From Squalus acanthias (taxonomy: Eukaryota), in assembly GCA_030390025.1 (NCBI GenBank), contig JASTWF010000048.1, positions 62,001 through 126,000 of the forward strand: a stretch of DNA of 64,000 nt. Direction: 5' to 3'. A model generated the notes under the pieces. The model worked only from the letters and a program-made list of their open reading frames with translations. It ran no database searches and was not told the origin of the DNA. A program made the position numbers and the translations under genes. Shown in pieces: positions 10,516 through 22,927 of this stretch (its first letter is position 1; every line of letters starts with the position of its first letter).

Positions 10516-11105
10516 CCAAGCTCTATATATCCGTGGCCATTCACTTTCCAGCTCAGCGAGTGTTATCTCTGATGTGGAACGGGTTCACTGCAGTCTGAAT
10601 ACAGTGGGGCCGTTTGCAAGTTCCCCAGTCAAGGGCGAGTCTTTGAATCCTCCTGATTGTCATAGTCCCAACAATGAGCCCAACCATGCAATAGAACAGA
10701 TGAGCAGCCCGATGTGACCCGAATATTGTTGTACCGTTTGCCTCTTCTTATCTAAAGGATTTGCTTTAGACCAGTCTTGTCCATGTGTTAGTCACTACCC
10801 ACGTGTGGATAACTAGAAGTCCTGATATGGATAAGTTCAATTCTGATAAGTAAATAAACAATGACCGACAGACACCATTGTTGGGAATGTTAACGACATA
10901 AGGTCCAGTCAGTCATATATTAATAAGCAGCCACATCGATTCTGATTGGATCGATCGGGAAAGGGGGCGTGTCCAACTCTGCATCACTTCCTCACGCTCT
11001 TCCTGTTTCCTTCAATGATTTGAAAAGAGCGGGTTGGCTCCTCACAAAACACAACGCTCCCGTCATCGCTCCTTTCATTATTAAGAGTAACGCTTCAAGT
11101 AAAAG

Positions 11106-11623
11106 ATGTATCTGTTACTGGGTCTGATTATCTTGTTTCACAGTAAGTGACTTTTTCAAATATTAATTCTTGTCAATAACCTTTTTATACCTTTTTACTT
11201 TCTTTCTTTTTTCTCTTTCTTTCCTGCTTTCTTTCTCTCTTTCTTACTTTCATTCTTTCATTTTTTCATTCCACATTGCCCCGTATATCCCCGTTTACTG
11301 AATTCCTTCTCTCCCTCTCTTTCCCAGATGTGAACTCCCAGAGTATCCACCAGACTCCCGCCGCTGTCTCCAGATTTCCCGGGGATGAAGTGGAGCTGAA
11401 GTGCAAAGTGGTTGGCGACAGTAACCCTAATATTTACTGGTACAGAAAATACCCGGGGAAGGAGCCGCAGTTCATGTTTTACTCCATGGGTACCAATCAC
11501 GTGAATCCAGAGGGGACGGTGTATGGATTCACCGCCGAGCGACCGAATAACTACGAGTTCAACCTGAAGTCCTCCAGCCTGCGGGCGAATCACTCGGCCG
11601 TGTATTACTGCGCCTGGAGTCTT
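11106..11623 (+). CDS. TRBV: TCR V family A, copy A3
   Basis: Leader 11106-11142; V exon 11328-11623 QSIHQTPA..CKVVGDSNPNIYWYRK..YYCAWSL, open. Confidence 0.95.
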
Positions 11624-11662
11624 CACAGTCACTCAGAGAGATGGAGGAGCTCAACAAAAACC
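11624..11662 (+). other. 23-RSS (A3)
   Basis: CACAGTC-23-ACAAAAACC. Confidence 0.93.
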
Positions 11663-13513
11663 CCAAAGGCAGCAGGAAACACCTGTGGATGATGAAACCG
11701 CGCGGTGCTGTTGGGTTTATTTTGCAGAGCGAACGTGTTTCTTACAACAAGAAGAGACGGGTTAGAATACGAGTGAGTGATTAGATATAGAGGCACTGGA
11801 GAATGTGTAAATAAAGATTAACAAGAATAATGAGAGAATTGATTGTTTTAAAACATCAGGAAATAATGAACAGGCTCGGGCTGTTATGTCTCGAAAAGAG
11901 AAGTCTGAGGGGTGACCTGACAGAGATCTTTAAACATTATCAATGGGTTTAATAGGTTAGGCGTAGTGAAGAAAGATAGAAAGAAAGGAAGTTAGCAAGA
12001 ATAAGAGGAAGAAAGATAGGAAGAAACGGGTAATAAATAAAAGAAGAAGGAAATTAATAAATAATGAAATAACGAAATAATGAAAAAAGAAAGGAATGAA
12101 GCAGGGAAGAAAAAAGTGAAGGAAAGAAAGATGGTGAAACGAAAGAATGATAGAAAGACAGAACGATAGTCAAGAAAAATAGAGCGAAATATAGAAAGAC
12201 GAAAAGCAATTAAAAATCCTTTTTTATACACTGACATTGTGCTTTATTTATCCACAGGGACAGTAGAGGGCGCTGTAGACCATGAAACTCACCAGTGCCT
12301 GGAACATGATTCAATCGGGACACTGGAACAAGATGAGGTCATTCAGCCCCACGAGCCTCTTACACAGGAACAGGAGGAGGCCATTCAGCCCCACGAGCCT
12401 CTTACACAGGAACAGCAGGAGACCATTCAGCCCCACGAGCCTCTTACACAGGAACGGGAGGAGGCCATTCATCCACTTGCGTCTGCTCTGCCTTTCAATA
12501 TTTAATTCAACCTCATTATCCCGCCTTTGCAGCATATCCCTTGATATCTTAACCCAACATGAATCGATCAAACTCAGCCTTGCGAGCTCCAATTGTCCCC
12601 CAGCATCCGCAGCCTTTTGGGGGTGAGAGTTCCATATTTCAAAATGGAATTGGATAAATACTCGAAGGAGCAAAACTGCAGGGACATGGGGAAAGAGCGG
12701 GGGAGTGGGACTAACTGGATTGTTCTTCGAAAAAGCCAGCGCAGACTCGATGGGCCGAATGACATCCTTCTGTGCAAAGCAATTCGATAACTGAATGATT
12801 TTTTTCAAAATACATAAATTCTCAACAGCCGGATTTTATTTGCAGTACTGAGGGTCATTAAGAACACCTAGTAAATTATTTACTCTTCCATTTAGCTCTA
12901 TATCTGTGGCCATTCATGTTCCAGCTCAGAGACTGTTACCTCTGATGTGGAACAGGTTAACTGCAGTCTGAATACAGTGGGGCCGTTTGCAAGTTCCCAA
13001 GTCAAGGGCGAGTCTTTGAGTCCTCCTGATCGTCACAGGCCCAACCATGCAATAGAACAGATGAACAGCCCGATGTGACCCGGATATTGTTGCCCCGACT
13101 GCCTCTTGTTATCAAAAGGGTTTGCTTTAGACCAGTGTTGTTCATATGTTAGCCATTAGGCCATTCACATGTGGCTAACTTGGGATACAGCTGTTGATAA
13201 CTGGGAATCCAGATGAGGCTAATTGGGAATCCAAATGTGCATCAATGCATTTCTGATTCGTAAATAAAGAATGAGAAACAGACACCATGGTTGGGAATAT
13301 TAACGGCATCAGATCCAGTCAGCCATTGACAATTGGCAACCATATTGGTTCTGATTAGTTCGATTGGGTAAGGGGCGTGTCCAACCGTACATCACTTCCT
13401 CACGCTCTTCATATTTTCCTCAATGATTTGAAAAGGACGGGTTCGCTCCTCACAAGACACAACTCTCCTGTTCTCGCTCCTTTCATTATTAAGAGAAAAA
13501 CTTCCAGTAAAAG

Positions 13514-14074
13514 ATGTATCTGTTCCTGGGTCTAATGATCTTGTTTCACCGTAAGGGACATTTTCAAACTTTAATTCTTGTCANNNNNNNNNNNNNNNNN
13601 NNNNNNNNNNNNNNNNNNNNNNNNNNNNNNNNNNNNNNNNNNNNNNNNNNNNNNNNNNNNNNNNNNNNNNNNNNNNNNNNNNNNNNNNNNNNNNNNNNNN
13701 NNNNNNNNNNNNNNNNNNNNNNNNNNNNNNNNNNNNATCCCTGTTAACTGAATTCCTCCTCTCTTGTCTGTTTCCTAGATGTGAAGTCGCAGATTATCCG
13801 CCAGACTCCCGCTGCCGTCTCAAAATTGTCTGGGGAGGGAGTGGAACTGAAGTGCAAAGTGGAGGGTACCAGTACTGCCAACATCTACTGGTACAGACAA
13901 TACCCGGGTAAGGAGCCGCAGTTCATGTTTTATTCCACGGGTACCAATCACGTGAATCCAGCGGGGACGGTGGACGGTTTTACCGCCGAGCGATCGAATG
14001 ACTACGAGTTCAACCTGAAGTCCTCCAGCCTGCGGTTGAATCAGTCGGCCGTGTATTACTGCGCCTGGAGTCTT
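13514..14074 (+). CDS. TRBV: TCR V family A, copy A4
   Basis: Leader 13514-13550; V exon 13779-14074 open; intron partly N. Confidence 0.94.
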
Positions 14075-14113
14075 CACAGTGACTCAGAGAGATGGAGGAG
14101 CTCAACAAAAACC
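14075..14113 (+). other. 23-RSS (A4)
   Basis: CACAGTG-23-ACAAAAACC. Confidence 0.95.
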
Positions 14114-14424
14114 CATGAGTCGCAGGAAACACCTGTGGCAGATGAAATTGCGCAGTGCTGGGACCTGTTGTTTTATTTTTACAATGCTAACCTCTTTATG
14201 GCAATAACAAAAGACAGGTTAGTATAATAGAGAGATTAGATGTGACACTGGAGAAGGTACGAAGAAAGATTACCAAGGATGACACCAGAACTGAGAGGTT
14301 GTAACTATCTGGAAATAATAAAAATAAAAAGTATTGGGTTTTTATACACGAACAATGTGCTTTCTTTCTCCACAGGGACAGCAGAGGGCGCTCTAGGATC
14401 ACAAAAGACTCAGTTGTGTGAAAT

Positions 14425-14825
14425 AGGTGGAAGCCATTCAGCACCATGAGCCTTTTACACAGGAACAGGAGGAGGCCGCTCATTCCCTCAAGCGTGTTAC
14501 AGAGGAACAGGTGGAGTCCATTCAGCCCCTTGATCCTGTTACACAGGAAGAGGAGGAGACTATTCACCCCCTCGAGCCTGTTAGACAGAAACAGGAGGAG
14601 GCCATTCAGCTCAGCGAAACTGTAGCACGGGAACAGGAGGAGGCCATTCAGCTCAGCGATCCTGTAACACAGGAACAGGAGGAGTCCATTCAGTCCGTCG
14701 AGCCTGTTAGACAGGAACAGGAGGAGGACATTCAGCTCAGCGAACCTGTTACACAGGAACAGGAGGAGGTCATTCATCTTATCGAGCCTGTTACGCAGGA
14801 ATACGAGGAAGCTATTTTGCCCGTC
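14425..14825. repeat. 42-bp minisatellite, about 9 units
   Basis: Unit CAGGAACAGGAGGAGGCCATTCAGCCCCTCGAGCCTGTTACA. Confidence 0.92.
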
Positions 14826-15620
14826 CTGCTCCTGCTCCATCATCCAGTTACATCATAACTGATCATTATTTAACTCCTTTGCACCATATCCCTCGATACC
14901 CTTCCCAACACAAATCTACCAATCTCTGTCTTGAAGGCTGCAATTAATCCTTAACCTCAACAGCCTTTTGGAGGAGAGTGTTCCATATTTCCACTACTCA
15001 TTGTGTGAAGAAGTGTTTTCTGACACAATCCCTGAATGGCCTGGCATTAATTTTAAGGCTCTGTCACCTTGTTCTGGACTCCGCCCCACCCCCACCAGAG
15101 GGAATGGTTTCTCTCTATCTAACATATCAACTCATTTTAACGCTTTACAAACCTCAATCAGTTCACCGCTGAATCACCTATATTCAAGGCAATACAGCCA
15201 TGTTGATGCAATCTGTCCTTTTAATTTAACCCTCCAAGTGCCACAATCATTCTGGTCAACCTGCGTTGAAACCCATCCAAAGCTAATATATCCTTACACA
15301 TGTGCGGTTTCCAGAACTGAACGCAGCACTCCAGTAGAATTCTAACCAAAGCTCTGGGCAACTGAAGCATACATTCCTCGCCTCTGTATTCCAGCCCCCT
15401 TGAGATTAAAGGCCAACACTCCATCAGCCTTTTTGATTCCCTTTTGTACCTGTCTAACTAATTTCAGTGACTTGTGTTCCCGTAAACCTAAATCCCATTG
15501 CTCTTCCACAGCTCCAAGCTGCTCACCATTTAGAAAATATTGTGACCTATCTTTCTTTGGTCCAAAGTGGATGACCCCATACTTGCCCAAGTTGAATTCC
15601 ATCTGTCATTGATTTGCCTA
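14825..15620 (-). mobile_element. Degenerate CR1 LINE
   Basis: ORFs 15221..15424 and 15342..15602 (MEFNLGKYGVIHFG; LVRILLECCVQFW). Confidence 0.85.
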
Positions 15621-15865
15621 GCCATTGATTCAGTGCCTGTCCCTTTTCAACTCCTTGTTCCCGTCCGCTCTAATTTACTACCAATTAGAGAGGGAGGGGT
15701 GAGTCTGTCAATCAGCGGGAGGGGCTGAGAATTGAATATTTAGTGTTTCTTATGAATGATAGATATTGTTCCCTTTTACACCGGTCAGTCCCGGGCCTTG
15801 CACACAACTGTCTCAGAGCTCGGCCCTCTGAGCATGTACATTGATTCTAATTGTTTCTATTGGGA

Positions 15866-16690
15866 AAATGAATTTCAACAAAGATAAATGTGAGGTATTA
15901 CATTTCGGTGGGAAGCATAAGGACGTCACTTATTACTTGGAGGTTGCGAGTCCAGGTGGGGTAGAGGAGCAAAGGGATCTCGGAGTACAAATACACAAAT
16001 CACTGAAAGTAGCGACACAGGTTAACAAGGCCATAAAAAGCAAACCAAGCCCTAGGGTTTATTTATAAAGGGATAGAATTGAAAAGTAGTGAAGCTGTGC
16101 TGAACTTCTATCGAACCTTGGTTAGACCACACTTGGAGTACTGCGTACAGTTCTGGTCGCCATATTATAAAAATGATATAGAGGCACTGGAGAGGGTGCA
16201 GAAAAGATTTGCACGGATGATACCAGAGATGCGAGTGTATTCCTATCGGGATAGGATGAATAGGGTGGGTCTCTTTTCTCTTGAAAAGAGAAGGCTGAGA
16301 GGTGACCTAATAGAGGTCTTTAAATTATGAAATGTTTTGATAGAATGGATACATAGAGAGTGTTTCCACTTGTGGGGAAGAGCAAAACTAGAGGCCAGCA
16401 ATATAAGATAGTCACCAAGAAATCAAATCGGGTATTCAGGAGAAACTACTTTACCCAGAGAGTGGTGAGAATGTGGAACTCGCTACCACATGGAGTGGTT
16501 GAGGTGAATAGGACAGATGCATTTAAGGGGTGGCTAGATAAACATATGAGGGAAAATGGAATAGAGAGTTATGCTGATAGAGTTAGATGAGGAAAGACGG
16601 AGGAGGCTGGAGTGGAGCATAAATGCCGGTCTGGACTGGTTGGGCCGAATGGCCTATTTCTGTGCCGTATATCCAATGTAATCCTATGTA
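15866..16690 (+). mobile_element. 5'-truncated CR1 LINE inserted in a family C promoter
   Basis: MNFNKDKCEVLHFG, YRTLVRPHLEYCVQFWSP, FTQRVVRMWNSLP; ends in an ATCCTATGTA-type tail. Confidence 0.92.
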
Positions 16691-16858
16691 ATCCCTGCAT
16701 CAAATCCTTACGATCTTCAGGTTTTCCGCAATGATTTGAAAAGAGGCGGCAAGGCGATGACGTCAGACGCCACGCCTCCTCCAACAAGTAGCCTATCGGT
16801 GTATTTTTGTGAGAGGCGTTTCCCGACTGAGGCAGGAGCAGTGAAGGAGCGAAGGGGG

Positions 16859-18167
16859 ATGTAAGTGCGGGCTATGGGACCGCGTGTCTCCAACTCCTGC
16901 TCCACTCTCTGAGTCTGGAGATCAGCTCTGGTCAGCTCATCTTTACCTTTCAAAGCAGTTTGTTTTAATAGAGAGAGAGAGAGTGAGAGGGATATAGAGC
17001 GTGAGGGAGAAAGTGAGAGAGACAGAGAGTGAGCTAGACAGTCAGAGAGAGAGAGAGAAACAGTGAGAGTGTGATTAGTGAGTAGGTGAGAGAGAGACAG
17101 AGAGACAGAGACAAAGAGACAGAGCGACAGAGAGACATAAAGATTGATGAGGAATTGAAAAAGTGTGAAAGGGAGAGACAGATAGAGAGAGAGAGCCATA
17201 GAGAGTGAGTGAAGGAGTGAAAGTGACAGAGATAGAGCAGGTCAGTGTGTGAGACAGAGATTGTCAGAGCGGGCGAGGGAGAGAATGACAGAGAGGAACA
17301 GCGAGAGAGGGGGAGAGAGAAACTGACAGACAGAGATACGCAAACAAAGAGACAGAAATACNNNNNNNNNNNNNNNNNNNNNNNNNNNNNNNNNNNNNNN
17401 NNNNNNNNNNNNNNNNNNNNNNNNNNNNNNNNNNNNNNNNNNNNNNNNNNNNNNNNNNNNNNNNNNNNNNNNNNNNNNNNNNNNNNNNNNNNNNNNNNNN
17501 NNNNNNNNNNNNNNNNNNNNNNNNNNNNNNNNNNNNNNNNNNNNNNNNNNNNNNNNNNNNNNNNNNNNNNNNNNNNNNNNNNNNNNNNNNNNNNNNNNNN
17601 NNNNNNNNNNNNNNNNNNNNNNNNNNNNNNNNNNNNNNNNNNNNNNNNNNNNNNNNNNNNNNNNNNNNNNNNNNAAACACAGACAGAGAGGGAGAAATAT
17701 CGAATGAGAGAGAGAGGTACATAGATAGACAGACAGATAGACAGACAGATAGTTAGATAGATAGAAATTAGATAGAGAGTTAGATAGATAGATAGAGATA
17801 GATAGATACATAGATAGATAGACAGACAGCTANNNNNNNNNNNNNNNNNNNNNNNNNNNNNNNNNNNNNNNNNNNNNNNNNNNNNNNNNNNNNNNNNNNN
17901 NNNNNNNNNNNNNNNNNNNNNNNNNNNNNNNNNNNNNNNNNNNNNNNNNNNNNNNNNNNNNNNNNNNNNNNNNNNNNNNNNNNNNNNNNNNNNNNNNNNN
18001 NNNNNNNNNNNNNNNNNNNNNNNNNNNNNNNNNNNNNNNNNNNNNNNNNNNNNNNNNNNNNNNNNNNNNNNNNNNNNNNNNNNNNNNNNCGAGTTGCTCA
18101 TTGATTCTGAGATTGAAATCTCACTCTTCACATTTCACAGGCAGCAGAGGCTGATTTGTGGAACAGG
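16859..18167 (+). pseudogene. Family C relic C2
   Basis: Leader begins ATG-TAA (16859). Only the first about 27 nt of the V exon remain (18141 onward, with TGA) before GA repeats; region is gap-rich. Confidence 0.7.
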
Positions 18168-19477
18168 GCGAGGGAGAGAATGACAGAGAGGAACAGCGAG
18201 AGAGGGAGAGAGAGAAACTGACAGACAGAGATACGCAAACAGAGAGACAGAAATACGGAGAGAGGGAGAAACGNNNNNNNNNNNNNNNNNNNNNNNNNNN
18301 NNNNNNNNNNNNNNNNNNNNNNNNNNNNNNNNNNNNNNNNNNNNNNNNNNNNNNNNNNNNNNNNNNNNNNNNNNNNNNNNNNNNNNNNNNNNNNNNNNNN
18401 NNNNNNNNNNNNNNNNNNNNNNNNNNNNNNNNNNNNNNNNNNNNNNNNNAGAGAGAAACACAGACAGAGAGGGATAAATATCGAATGACAGATAGAGAAA
18501 GAGGTACATAGATAGACAGACAGATAGACAGACAGATAGTTAGATAGATAGAAATTAGAAAGAGAGTGAGATAGATAGAGACAGATAGATACATAGATAG
18601 ATAGACAGACAGATAGTTAGATAGACAGCTANNNNNNNNNNNNNNNNNNNNNNNNNNNNNNNNNNNNNNNNNNNNNNNNNNNNNNNNNNNNNNNNNNNNN
18701 NNNNNNNNNNNNNNNNNNNNNNNNNNNNNNNNNNNNNNNNNNNNNNNNNNNNNNNNNNNNNNNNNNNNNNNNNNNNNNNNNNNNNNNNNNNNNNNNNNNN
18801 NNNNGAGTGATAGAGGGAAAGAAAGAGGGAGAGAGTGAGGGAGAGAGATAGAGAGACAGAGAGAGTGACGGGGAACAGAGAAGGAGATAGATGAAGAGAC
18901 AGGGAGAGGGCGAGACACACACATACACACACAAAGCTCCATATCCGTGGCCATTCATGTTCCAGCTTATCCAATGGTACCTCTGATGTGGAACCGGTCA
19001 ACTGCAATCTGAATCTGGTTCCCCATTCAAAGGCGATTCTTTGAGTCGAGGTGATCGTCATAGGTCCAACCAGGAGCCCAATCGTGCGGTAGAAGTGATG
19101 AACAGCCCGTGTGACCCGGATATTGTTGCACTGTCTGCCTCTTGTTATTTAAAGCTTTGCTTTAGACCAGTGTTGTCCATGTGTTAGGCACTAGTCACAT
19201 GTGCAGAAAGGCATTTCTGATTAGGAAATAAACAATGAGCAATCGACACAAATGCTGGGAATGTGAACGGCATAATGTCCAGTCAGTCATTGCTAATTAG
19301 CAACCACGTCGGCTCTGACTGGTTCGATCGAGGAAGGGGGCGTGTCCAACCCTGCATCACTTCCTCACGCTCTTCATATTTTCCTTAATGAGTTGAAAAG
19401 TGCGGGTTGGCTCCTTACAGGACTCCCGCTCTTGTTCTCGCTCCTTTCATTATTAAGAGAAAAGTTTCCAGTAAAAG

Positions 19478-19993
19478 ATGTATCTGTTAATGGGTCTAAT
19501 GATCGTGTTTCAATGTAAGGGACATTTTCAAACTTTAATTATTGTCAATAACTTCTTTATACGTCTTTCGTTCTTTTTAATAAGCTTCCTTTACGTTTTG
19601 CTTCTTTCTTTCTTTCATTCTTTCTTTCCTTCTTACTTTCTCCATACCCTGAATATCACCGCTTACTGAATTCCTCCTCTCCCTGTCTCTTTCCCAGATG
19701 TGAACTCGCAGGGTATCCACCAGACTCCCGCCGCTGTCTCCAGATTTCCCGGGGATGAAGTGAAACTGAAGTGCAATGTGGAGGGGGACATTAGCAATCG
19801 CATGTCCTGGTACAGACTGTACCCGGGGAAGGGGCCGCAGTTGATGTTTTACTCCTTGACGACCTATGCCGTGGATCCAGGGCGAACGCTAGACGGTTTT
19901 ACCGCCGAGCGACCGAATGACTACAAGTTCAACCTGAAGTCCTCCAGCCTGCGGACGAATCACTCGGCCGTGTATTACTGCGCCTGGAGTTTG
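19478..19993 (+). CDS. TRBV: TCR V family A, copy A5
   Basis: Leader 19478-19514; V exon 19698-19993 open. Confidence 0.95.
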
Positions 19994-20032
19994 CACAGTG
20001 ACTCAGAGAGATGGAGGAGCTCAACAAAAACT
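19994..20032 (+). other. 23-RSS (A5)
   Basis: CACAGTG-23-ACAAAAACT. Confidence 0.95.
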
Positions 20033-21380
20033 CCAAAGACGGCAGGAAACACCTGTGGATGATAAAACAGAGCGAGTCCGCGTCCTGTTGGGTTTATTTT
20101 ACAGAGCGAACGCGTTTTTGACAACAATAAGAGACGAGTTAGAATAAAAGTGAGAGATTAGGTATAGAGGCTCTGGAGAAGGTACAAAGAATGATTAACA
20201 AGGATGACACCAGCATTGAGTGGTTCTAGCCATCAGGAAAAGCTGAACAGGCTCGGACTGCTTTGTCGAGAAAAGAGAAGGCTGAGGGGTGACCTTGCAG
20301 ACGTCTTTAAAGATTAGCAATGTGAATTATAGGGTAGGTGCAGAGAGGAAAGATAGAAAGAATCAAAGGAAGAAAGAAAGGAAGAAAGAGAAAAAAAATA
20401 AAGGAAGAGGGAAAGAAAGAAGGACAGAACAGAAGAACGGAAGAAAGAAAGGAAGGAAGTCGGAAGGAAAAAAGGTGAAGGATAGAACGAAAGATAGAGA
20501 AAAGAAAGAAAGATAGAAACGCATAAAGTTGAAAGAAAAATAGAGCGAAATATAGAAAGAGGGAAAATAAGTAAAATACTATTTCTTACAGACTGACATA
20601 TAGTTGTATTTTTCCACAGGGACAGTAGAGGGCGCTCCAGAACCAGGAAATAAACCAGCGCCGGGAACATCGCTCAATAGGAAAACAGGAACAGAAGGAG
20701 GCTATTCAGCGCACCGAGCCTCTGACACAGGAACGGGAGCATGCCATTCAGCCCCTCTTCCATTTAGCTCTATATCCGTGGCCATTCGCGTGCCTGCTAA
20801 GGGCGTGTTATCTCTGATGTGGGCCGGGTTCACTGCAGTCTGAATACAGTGGGGCCGTTTGCAAGTTCCCCAGTCAAGGGCGAGTCTTTGAGTCCTCCAG
20901 ATCGTCACAGGCCCAACCATGCAATAGAACAGATGAGCAGCCCGATGTGACCTGGATATTAATGCACCGACTGCCTCACGTTATATAAAGGGCTTACTGT
21001 AGATCAGTGTTGTCCATGTGTTAGCCTCTCGTCACATGTGGCTAATTGGGAATCAAGGTATGGCTAATTGGGAATCTACATGTGGGTAATCGGGAATCCA
21101 GACGTGGAAACTTTCATTTCTGATGTGCAAACAATAAATGAGCGATAGACACCGTTGTTGGGAATGTTAACGGCAGAAGGTCCCGTCTCTCATTGGTAAT
21201 TAGCATGCACATCGATTCTGATTGGTTCGATCAAGGAAGGGGCGTGTCTAACTCTGCATCACTTGCTCACTCTGCTCAGTGTTTCCTCAATAATTTTTAA
21301 AGAGCGGGTTGGCTCCTCACAAGAATCCACGCTCCTGTTCTCGCTGCTTTCATTATTAAGAGAAACGCATCAAGTAAAAG

Positions 21381-21857
21381 ATGTATCTGTTACTGGGTCT
21401 TATTTTCTTCTTTCACCGTAAGGGACTTTTTCAAACATTAATTCTTGCCAATAACCTATTTTAAGACTTTTTTTCTTTCTTTCCTCCTTCCCTTCTTCCT
21501 TTTTCTCCCATTGCCCCGGATGTCTCAATTTATTGACGTCATCTCTCCCTCTCTTTCCCAGATGTGAACTCGCAGAGTATCCGCCAGTTTCCCGCCGCTG
21601 TCTCCAGATTTCCCGGGGATGGAGTGGTACTGAAGTGCACTCTAGAAAGTACCAGTAACCATCGCATGTTCTGGTACAGACAATACCCGGGGAAGGAGCC
21701 GCAGTCCATGTTTTACTCCATGAGTACCAATCATGTGAATCCAGAGGGGACGGTGGACGGTTTTACCGCCGAGCGACCGAATGCCATCGAGTTTAACCTG
21801 AATTCCTCCAGCCTGCAAGCGAATCAGTCGGCTGTGTATTACTGCGCCTGGAGTCTG
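21381..21857 (+). CDS. TRBV: TCR V family A, copy A6
   Basis: Leader 21381-21417; V exon 21562-21857 open. Confidence 0.95.
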
Positions 21858-21896
21858 CACAGTGACTCATAGAGATGGAGGAGCTGAACAAAAACC
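21858..21896 (+). other. 23-RSS (A6)
   Basis: CACAGTG-23-ACAAAAACC. Confidence 0.95.
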
Positions 21897-22927
21897 CCGA
21901 AGGCGGAAGAAGACACCTGCTTAAGATAAAACCGCGCAGTGCTGTTGGGATTATTTTGCAGAGCGAACATGTTTTTGACAACAAGAAGAGACGGGTTAAA
22001 ATAAAAGTGAGAGATTAGATATAGAGGCACTGGAGAAGGTGTAAATAAAGAATATCAAGGACAATGCCAGAATTGAGAGGTTTAAACAATCAGGAAATGC
22101 TGAACAGTCTGGGACTCTTTTCTCCAGAAAAGAGAAGGTTGAGGACTGACCTGACAGAGGTCTTTAAATATTATCAATGGGGTTGATAGGTTAGACGTAG
22201 TGAAGAATGATAGAAAGAAAGGAAGATAGAAAGTATAAAAGAAAGAAAGATAGGATGGAAGTGGAAATAAATAAAGGTAGAAGGACAGAAAGAAAGAATT
22301 AATGAAAGAAGGAAATAAAGAATAAAGAAAGGAAGGAAGCAGGGAAGAAAAAAGAAAAGGAAAGAAAAATGGAGAAAAGAAATAACGACAGAAAGGCAGA
22401 ACGATAGTGATGAAAAATAGACCGAAATATTGAAAGAAGGAAAGTCATTAAAACTATTTTTTATACACTGACATTGTGCTTTCTTTCTCCACAGCGACAG
22501 TAGAGGGCGCTCTAGATCATGAAACACACCAGTGCCCGGAACATGGTTCAATCGGAACACAGGAACAGGAGGAGGCCTTTCAGTCTCACGAGCCTGTGTC
22601 ACAGGAACGGGAGGAGGCCATTCAACCGTTCTACCGATCATGGCTGATTTGTAACTCAGTTGTATTTGGGACTGTTCTGGACTCGCCCACCAGAGGAAAT
22701 AGTTTATCTGTATCGGATTATTTTAACATTTTAAACACCTCAGTCAGTTCACTCCTCAATCTCCAAATCTCAAGTGGATGCAAGCCAAGTTTATGCAACC
22801 TGTCCGCAGCAATTAGCCCTCTCAGCCCCGGTTTCATTCAGATAAATATGCGTTGCACCCCCTCCACATCCTTCCTGAGGTACGGTGCAGTTACTCCAGA
22901 TGGAGTCTGACCAGGGCTCGGTGCAAC

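Noticed and set aside
10058-10544. Ser/Leu-rich and Arg/Glu-rich ORFs (also 46304-46796, 56076-56745)
   Set aside because: Translations of GA/TC microsatellites.
14196-14858. Long ORFs on both strands of the 42-bp array (LNGLLLFLCNR and QEQEEAIQP repeats)
   Set aside because: The unit length is a multiple of 3 and lacks stops; not stand-alone genes. The + frame is considered only as a possible spliced tail.
17034-18954. Long ORFs containing X runs and an apparent local duplication
   Set aside because: They span N gaps in low-complexity sequence; the assembly is unreliable here.
18990-19061. Minus-strand FEWGTRFRLQL resembling a J segment
   Set aside because: No FGxG motif, RSS or donor; not kept in other copies of the block.
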